A stretch of 64,000 nt of DNA. Origin: Polyangiaceae bacterium (GTDB lineage: Bacteria; Myxococcota_A; Polyangia; Polyangiales; Polyangiaceae). Both the position numbers and the translations under genes were made by a program. Where the stretch lies: NCBI GenBank assembly GCA_033763455.1, contig JANRKO010000047.1, positions 32,001-96,000 of the forward strand. The letters are read 5' to 3'. Under the pieces are notes generated by a model. The model was not told the DNA's origin. It did not search any database and saw only the letters and a program-made list of their open reading frames with translations. Numbering within the stretch: the first letter of the stretch is position 1; every line of letters begins with the position of its first letter. Shown piece by piece: positions 59,094-64,000 of this stretch.

Positions 59094-60638
59094 ATGACCA
59101 CCGCCCCCCAAGTGGGACCCTCCAGACCGCAAACGAACGCCGCCACATTGCGTGCGCGCATGTCAAGTTCACCAGTCCAACCTGCGTTTGACTTTCGGCA
59201 GGCGCTCGGACTTGTAGTTCCTCTATGCGTCGAACTCGCTGACTTCCATCGGCAGGGCCGTTCGATGCACGTGCATCCGTCGAGTTTGCGGATGTTGGGC
59301 GGGCTCTTAACTTTGGGTCCCGAACTCGGTGAGGCGCTGCCTACCAACCCACACGACCTTGCGTGTTTGCCGCCAGAGAGCCGTCACGGGGCGAAAGGCG
59401 GAGCGCGCGCAAGCATCTATTCAGTCGGCGCTCTGCTTTACGAACTGATCACGGGTAAGAGCGTGGGGCCCGGAATGCTTCGGCCCACGGAGGTTGTAGA
59501 GGGCCTTCCTGTTCAGCTTGAGCTCATTCTCAGCAAGGCCCTTGTCGCCGATCCGGCACATCGCCCCGACGATCTGAATGCGCTAGCCCAGGCCCTGCAC
59601 GAGTTAGCACCTAAACACAGCATGACACCGCCACCCGCGGACGTGACACACCTCGATCACGATGGCGACTTGGATGTCGACATCTCACTTTCGATGTTAC
59701 CACCGATCCCGACGGCGAAGCGGGTAGACGCGAGCAGTCCTTTCGAAATGCAGGTGCAAGTCCAGGCAGCGCCCCCGGTTGCGCGCCCCCGGATGGACGA
59801 CGCCTCCAACGAACTTCTGGCTCTAAAAGCTCGCCTAGAAGCAGACCAACGGCCCCGCTACGTCATCGTAAAAGACGGGATGGACCACGGCCCCTTTAGT
59901 GCCGTGGAGCTCTTGCAGCAAATTGCCACTCACAGCTTCGTTGAAAACGACGTCCTTCGCGACGCCCTTGGAGGCGAAGAGCGCGAAATCAAAGCTTGGG
60001 AAGAATTCGCTCCCTTTGCCGATCATGCTCGGCGCCATCGCGATATCAAGGCCGAAAAAGAAGCCATTCAGCGTGTCGTGGTGCAAGAGGGTCGAAGCAC
60101 GCGTGGCAAGGCTTTTCTAGGTATCGCGGCGCTAGCTGCGCTGCTGATCGCCGCCGGCGCGTGGTTCCTAACGTCTCGCGGTGAGAAAAATGATGCTATT
60201 TTAGTGCAGGAATCCAGCCAATCGAGCGTTGAAACGAACGACGGCCTCACTGGCAAACGTTTCGGTGGCGGGAAACGGCCTCGCGGGGCAGGTCAGCAGC
60301 AGGGCGGCGTTCCGGTGTTGAGCGGAGGCATGAGCTGCGAGGCTGCGCAAGCGGCCTACGTGGAGCAGATGTCCATCGGCGGGCCCAAAGCCCAGGCAGA
60401 TCTCACCGCGGGCCAGTATGGCTCAATTCTAAACAGCAGCAGCTACTTCAGCCATTGCGGCATTCCTGATTCGATGAAGCTGAGCATTTGTGCGGCCGTG
60501 CAGAATGGTCGCGCAGTCGGTGTGTCGGTCAGCACCACGCCCCGAGATGCTGGAAAAGCGGGTTGCGTAGCCTCTGCGGTGCGGCGCCTTTCGTTCCCTA
60601 GCCATCCGAAGCTCGACGTGACACGAACCAACTTCTAG
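59094..60638 (+). CDS. Pseudokinase C-lobe / GYF-like / TM / AgmX(GltJ)-C-like protein
   Basis: HVHPSSL, CLPPE, SIYSVGALLYELITG; YVIVKDGMDHGPFS; TM; C-terminal AGCVASAVRRLSFP; start uncertain. Confidence 0.7.
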   Translation: MTTAPQVGPSRPQTNAATLRARMSSSPVQPAFDFRQALGLVVPLCVELADFHRQGRSMHVHPSSLRMLGGLLTLGPELGEALPTNPHDLACLPPESRHGAKGGARASIYSVGALLYELITGKSVGPGMLRPTEVVEGLPVQLELILSKALVADPAHRPDDLNALAQALHELAPKHSMTPPPADVTHLDHDGDLDVDISLSMLPPIPTAKRVDASSPFEMQVQVQAAPPVARPRMDDASNELLALKARLEADQRPRYVIVKDGMDHGPFSAVELLQQIATHSFVENDVLRDALGGEEREIKAWEEFAPFADHARRHRDIKAEKEAIQRVVVQEGRSTRGKAFLGIAALAALLIAAGAWFLTSRGEKNDAILVQESSQSSVETNDGLTGKRFGGGKRPRGAGQQQGGVPVLSGGMSCEAAQAAYVEQMSIGGPKAQADLTAGQYGSILNSSSYFSHCGIPDSMKLSICAAVQNGRAVGVSVSTTPRDAGKAGCVASAVRRLSFPSHPKLDVTRTNF

Positions 60639-60643
60639 GCTCG

Positions 60644-61459
60644 GTGTCCGTGAAGTTGTTAACCCGCATTTGTCAGCAGGCGAACCTCGGTCTCACACTG
60701 CTCGCAGGGGTAACCCTCGTTGGCTGCGAAGCGCGCATCCTGGGTGCACTCGACGAGGGTGAAGCCAACCAAGCGATCACTCGGCTGCAAAAACGGGGCG
60801 TTTTGGCTCGAAAAGAGGCTGATACGTCAGCTGAGGGGCGCTTTCGGCTTTCGGTCGGGAGGCAAGACGCGGATCGCGCAGTGGCAGTGCTTCAAGCGGA
60901 AGGGCTCCCTCGACAACATTCGCCCGGCGTGCTTGAGGCGCTCGGTGAGGCCTCCATTCTGCCTTCCCGCTCATCGGAGCAGGCCAAGTGGCTCGCAGGT
61001 ACCGCCGGAGAGCTAGAGCGATCGCTCAGCGACGTCGAGGGCATCGTGTCGGCTCGTGTGCATTTGGCAGTGCCCGCCGTCGATCCGCTGGCACCGCCTG
61101 AAGGTCCACTCCCGCGGCCCACCGCGTCGGTCCTCATCTCGTACCGCGGAACGCCTGGTTTGACCGACGGGCAGGTGCAACGTCTGGTGTCGGGGGCTGT
61201 TTCAGGGCTCGCACCGGAGGCTGTTGCGGTGGTGGCGCAACAGCTCCCACAAGCCACGGAGCAGGTGGACCTTCAGCGGCTAGGCCCTTTTACGGTTACT
61301 CGAGCCTCGGCCCCGATCCTAAAAGCTTTGCTAGGCGCTGCGTTTTCCCTCAACCTGCTGTTGCTCGGGGGTACTTTTTGGTTTTGGTACCGCTCCCGAA
61401 AGCTGGTGGCGGCGCCACAGGGCACCGCGCCCGCAAGCGCTTTGCCTACGCAAGCTTGA
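60644..61459 (+). CDS. sctJ: SctJ/YscJ/FliF-family inner-membrane ring lipoprotein
   Basis: Lipobox LVGC; LDEGEAN, EGLPR, GELERSL...GIVSARVHL, PTASVLI, LVSGAVSGL; C-terminal TM. Confidence 0.85.
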   Translation: MSVKLLTRICQQANLGLTLLAGVTLVGCEARILGALDEGEANQAITRLQKRGVLARKEADTSAEGRFRLSVGRQDADRAVAVLQAEGLPRQHSPGVLEALGEASILPSRSSEQAKWLAGTAGELERSLSDVEGIVSARVHLAVPAVDPLAPPEGPLPRPTASVLISYRGTPGLTDGQVQRLVSGAVSGLAPEAVAVVAQQLPQATEQVDLQRLGPFTVTRASAPILKALLGAAFSLNLLLLGGTFWFWYRSRKLVAAPQGTAPASALPTQA

Positions 61460-61658
61460 CCAGGACGTCACCCTCTTCGACCGCCTGACCCTCGGTCACG
61501 GGTATCTCGCTCACAACGCCGTCGTCGGGTGCTTCCAATGGAAGCTCCATCTTCATCGACTCCAAGATCACCAGCGTTTCCCCCTCTTTCACGCTCTGCC
61601 CCACCTTTACGACAATCTTCCAAACCGTGCCGGTAATCTGCGCCACCACATCTGCCAT
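61446..61658 (-). CDS. Stand-alone biotin/lipoyl carrier protein (70 aa)
   Basis: GTVWK, ILESMKME biotinylation motif. Confidence 0.92.
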   Translation of the reverse strand: MADVVAQITGTVWKIVVKVGQSVKEGETLVILESMKMELPLEAPDDGVVSEIPVTEGQAVEEGDVLVKLA

Positions 61659-61862
61659 GCGCACAAGAGTACACTCAATAAATGCGGGCACCCAATGTCC
61701 ATCGCGTATGCCTGTCCAACGAGTACTTTGGCGCCACCGAGTTCACGATCCTGGCCAAGCGCGCACTCGTTGCTCTTACATAAACCTACATTGAGAAATC
61801 TGCGCGCGACGGAGCGCTTTGGGCTCGGCGCACACAACCGAACCGGTGGAACGGGATGATGC

Positions 61863-61890
61863 TTGACGGGGCAATCTTTAGATTGGTATT
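61863..61890 (+). promoter_or_regulatory. Possible -35 box followed by a palindromic operator
   Basis: TTGACG (61863-61868) then CAATCT-TT-AGATTG (61872-61885) upstream of 61963. Confidence 0.3.
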
Positions 61891-61962
61891 CGCCCTGTTT
61901 GGACTTTTATTTCCGCCTCGCTTGCCCGAGTATTGTTGTAACTAGATAGGAATCGTCCGCCC

Positions 61963-62712
61963 ATGGCTGAACAGAAAGAAAGCTCCGTCCTCTTTTCCCT
62001 CAAAGAACTGATGAATCTTGAGGAAGATCGGATCAAATCCGAGGAAGACGCGAAGGTTGCCGCGCAACGCCAGGCTCAAGAACGCGCCGCCGCCGCTGAA
62101 AGAGCAAAGCGAGAAGCTGAAGAGGCTCGCATTCGAGCTGAGGAAGATGCTCGCCGCCAGGAAGAGCAGCGCAAGCGCGAGGAAGAAGCGCGGCTTGAAG
62201 CTATCCGCCAAGGCGAAATCGAAAAAGCCCGTGCTGAAGCTGAACACCGAGCTCGCATGGAGGCCCTGAGCGCTCAGCAAGCTCATGAGCAACAGCTGGC
62301 TGCGATGCAGGGGGATAAGTCGCAAAAGAAGTTGAAGGTGATCATCGGAGTCGTGGTGGGCGTGTTCCTGGTTGGAGCCATCGGGGGTGGCATCATCTAC
62401 AAGAAGAACGTAGAGGAAGCGGAAAAGGCGAGCTTATTGGCGAAGCAACAGGCCGCTGCCGCCGAAGAGCAAAGGCAAGCGTTGCAGCGCAAGCTGGAAG
62501 AGCTGGATCAGGAGAGCAAGGAGTTGACGCGTAAGCTCGGCGAAGCCACGACGGCAGCCGACCGCGCGGCCGTTGAAGCTGCAATGGCGGCCCTCAAGGA
62601 CAAAAAGAGCCAGCTCTCTGGCGGCAGCGGTCGTGCCCGGCCGAGCGGCGACAAGCCAGCAGGCAAGCCCTGCGCGTGCCCCCCGGGCGATCCGTTGTGT
62701 TCGTGTCTGTGA
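61963..62712 (+). CDS. Bitopic coiled-coil protein with C-terminal Cys motif
   Basis: E/R/A-rich coiled coil, one TM, second coiled coil, ends CACPPGDPLCSCL. Confidence 0.85.
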   Translation: MAEQKESSVLFSLKELMNLEEDRIKSEEDAKVAAQRQAQERAAAAERAKREAEEARIRAEEDARRQEEQRKREEEARLEAIRQGEIEKARAEAEHRARMEALSAQQAHEQQLAAMQGDKSQKKLKVIIGVVVGVFLVGAIGGGIIYKKNVEEAEKASLLAKQQAAAAEEQRQALQRKLEELDQESKELTRKLGEATTAADRAAVEAAMAALKDKKSQLSGGSGRARPSGDKPAGKPCACPPGDPLCSCL

Positions 62713-62724
62713 GTTGAGTCTGTC

Positions 62725-63450
62725 TTGAACGCTGCAAACTTTGACGAGGCGCGCCGTCGCCTCGTGTACCCCCTCGACTACCCCACCCTCGAAGAAGCAC
62801 GTGCGGGTGCCGAGCTCATCGCTGAACACGTGGGCGTCTTAAAAGTTGGCTTGGAGTTGTTCGTGCGGGTGGGGCCTGCTGCCCTGGCGCTCGGGCGCCA
62901 ACTGGGCTGCGAGGTCTTTTTGGATCTCAAGCTACACGACATCCCGGCAACCGTTGATGGGGCCGTGGCTTCCGCGATTTCGCATGGCGTGCGCTACCTC
63001 ACCGTCCACGCTACGGGGGGCCAGAAGATGTTAGAGGCGGCTGCGGATCGCGTGGAGAAAGAGCAGTCGCATCTGGCGCTCCTAGCGGTAACGGTGCTCA
63101 CCTCGCTGGACGAGTCCGATTTGCGAGCAACAGGCGTGAGTTTTCCCCCGAATGAGCAAGCGCTTCGCTTAGCGGTGTTAGCTCGTAAGTCTGGAATTCG
63201 AGGGATGGTGAGTTCAGTGGCGGAGGTTTCCATGCTCCGGTCCGAGCTCGGTCCGGATGTAGTGCTCGTAACGCCAGGTATTCGTCCAGCTGGCGCCGGA
63301 ACTCAGGATCAGAAGCGGGTGGGTACTCCAGCCCAGGCAATGGCCGCGGGGTCTAGCTTGCTGGTCGTCGGTCGCCCCATTCGCGAAGCAAGCGATCCGC
63401 GCGCCGCCGCAGAGGCCATCCGTCGCGAAGTCGCGGAAGCGTTGGCTTAA
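62725..63450 (+). CDS. pyrF: Orotidine-5'-phosphate decarboxylase
   Basis: KVGLEL, FLDLKLHDIPATV, VTVLTS, TPGIRP, VVGRPI. Confidence 0.97.
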   Translation: MNAANFDEARRRLVYPLDYPTLEEARAGAELIAEHVGVLKVGLELFVRVGPAALALGRQLGCEVFLDLKLHDIPATVDGAVASAISHGVRYLTVHATGGQKMLEAAADRVEKEQSHLALLAVTVLTSLDESDLRATGVSFPPNEQALRLAVLARKSGIRGMVSSVAEVSMLRSELGPDVVLVTPGIRPAGAGTQDQKRVGTPAQAMAAGSSLLVVGRPIREASDPRAAAEAIRREVAEALA

Positions 63451-63456
63451 GCTTTC

Positions 63457-64000
63457 GTGTCCGATCCCCGAGCTAACAGTCGCTTAGTGGTGGGGCTACA
63501 GCCCGTGCGCGAGGTGGTGCGGGTCCATGGGCCGCGCTGCCTAGAAGTGCTCATTGAAGCGAGTGGTTCTCCCAGGCTCGACGCGGTCCATCGCTTTGCT
63601 ACCGATCAGGGTTGTGCGGTGGTCCGGAGAGTCTCCCGAAGCGAGCTGGATCGGTTGAGCCAGGGGGCCGTCCACCAGGGGTTGGCTGCTTTCGCTCCGC
63701 CACTCCGGTTCACGGACATCGCCGAGCTCATCGTTTCCGCAGATTTGGTTCTTGCTCTGGACTCGATCCAAGATCCTCAAAACTTTGGGGCGGCCATCCG
63801 GAGTGCCGTCGGCGTCGCCGGTGCAGCCGTCCTTTGGGCCGAGCATGACTCAGCGCCCCTCAGCCTCGCCACCTTCCGCGCGTCGGCCGGTGCGATCGAG
63901 CACGCTCGCCTCTGCCGGGTGCGTTCTCTCAGAAGCGCACTCGCGGATGCCCGAGCGGCGGGATTTTCGGTCGTGGGGCTGGATTCAAATGGCACCCACT
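63457..64000 (+). CDS. TrmH/RlmB-family RNA 2'-O-methyltransferase (3' end off window)
   Basis: Manual translation: VGLQPVRE...HQG...LDSIQDPQNFGAAIRSA...RASAGA. Confidence 0.9.
   Translation, partial: MSDPRANSRLVVGLQPVREVVRVHGPRCLEVLIEASGSPRLDAVHRFATDQGCAVVRRVSRSELDRLSQGAVHQGLAAFAPPLRFTDIAELIVSADLVLALDSIQDPQNFGAAIRSAVGVAGAAVLWAEHDSAPLSLATFRASAGAIEHARLCRVRSLRSALADARAAGFSVVGLDSNGTH

Overview
GC-rich bacterial DNA whose gene content (Ser/Thr kinase, DUF4388, Cys/Gly-rich lipoproteins, TIGR04552-like protein, giant TPR protein, GYF/AgmX-like protein) points to Myxococcota, probably Polyangiaceae (inference). Bases 1-~5970 are the right end of an integrated satellite/PICI-like element. It is bounded by a 3' fragment of tRNA-Gly(CCC) and carries a minus-strand operon (HTH, excisionase-like HTH, two small ORFs, PC4-like SSB, DUF2786/Zn-ribbon protein, Prim-Pol, RepA/AAA_25 helicase) joined by seven consecutive 4-nt (A/G)TGA overlaps, followed by an iteron-like CGTGTG array. 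No integrase lies in the window. Bases 6100-15009 are an accessory surface-protein region with two paralogous Cys-rich lipoproteins, an FGE-domain lipoprotein, a His-rich Tat-type lipoprotein, a GS-like/Fe-ADH pair, a kinase and two REP-like palindromes. The rest is mostly core chromosome (tRNA-Lys, dnaE, yicC, gmk, panD, ccmCD, tatBC, rlmH, rsfS, proA, pyrF, two DEAD-box helicases). Best leads: a RelA/SpoT-synthetase-like protein heading the yicC-gmk cluster, and a giant TPR protein / pseudokinase-GYF-TM-AgmX-like protein / orphan SctJ module. All calls come from manual motif recognition; no database searches were run, and several start codons are estimates.
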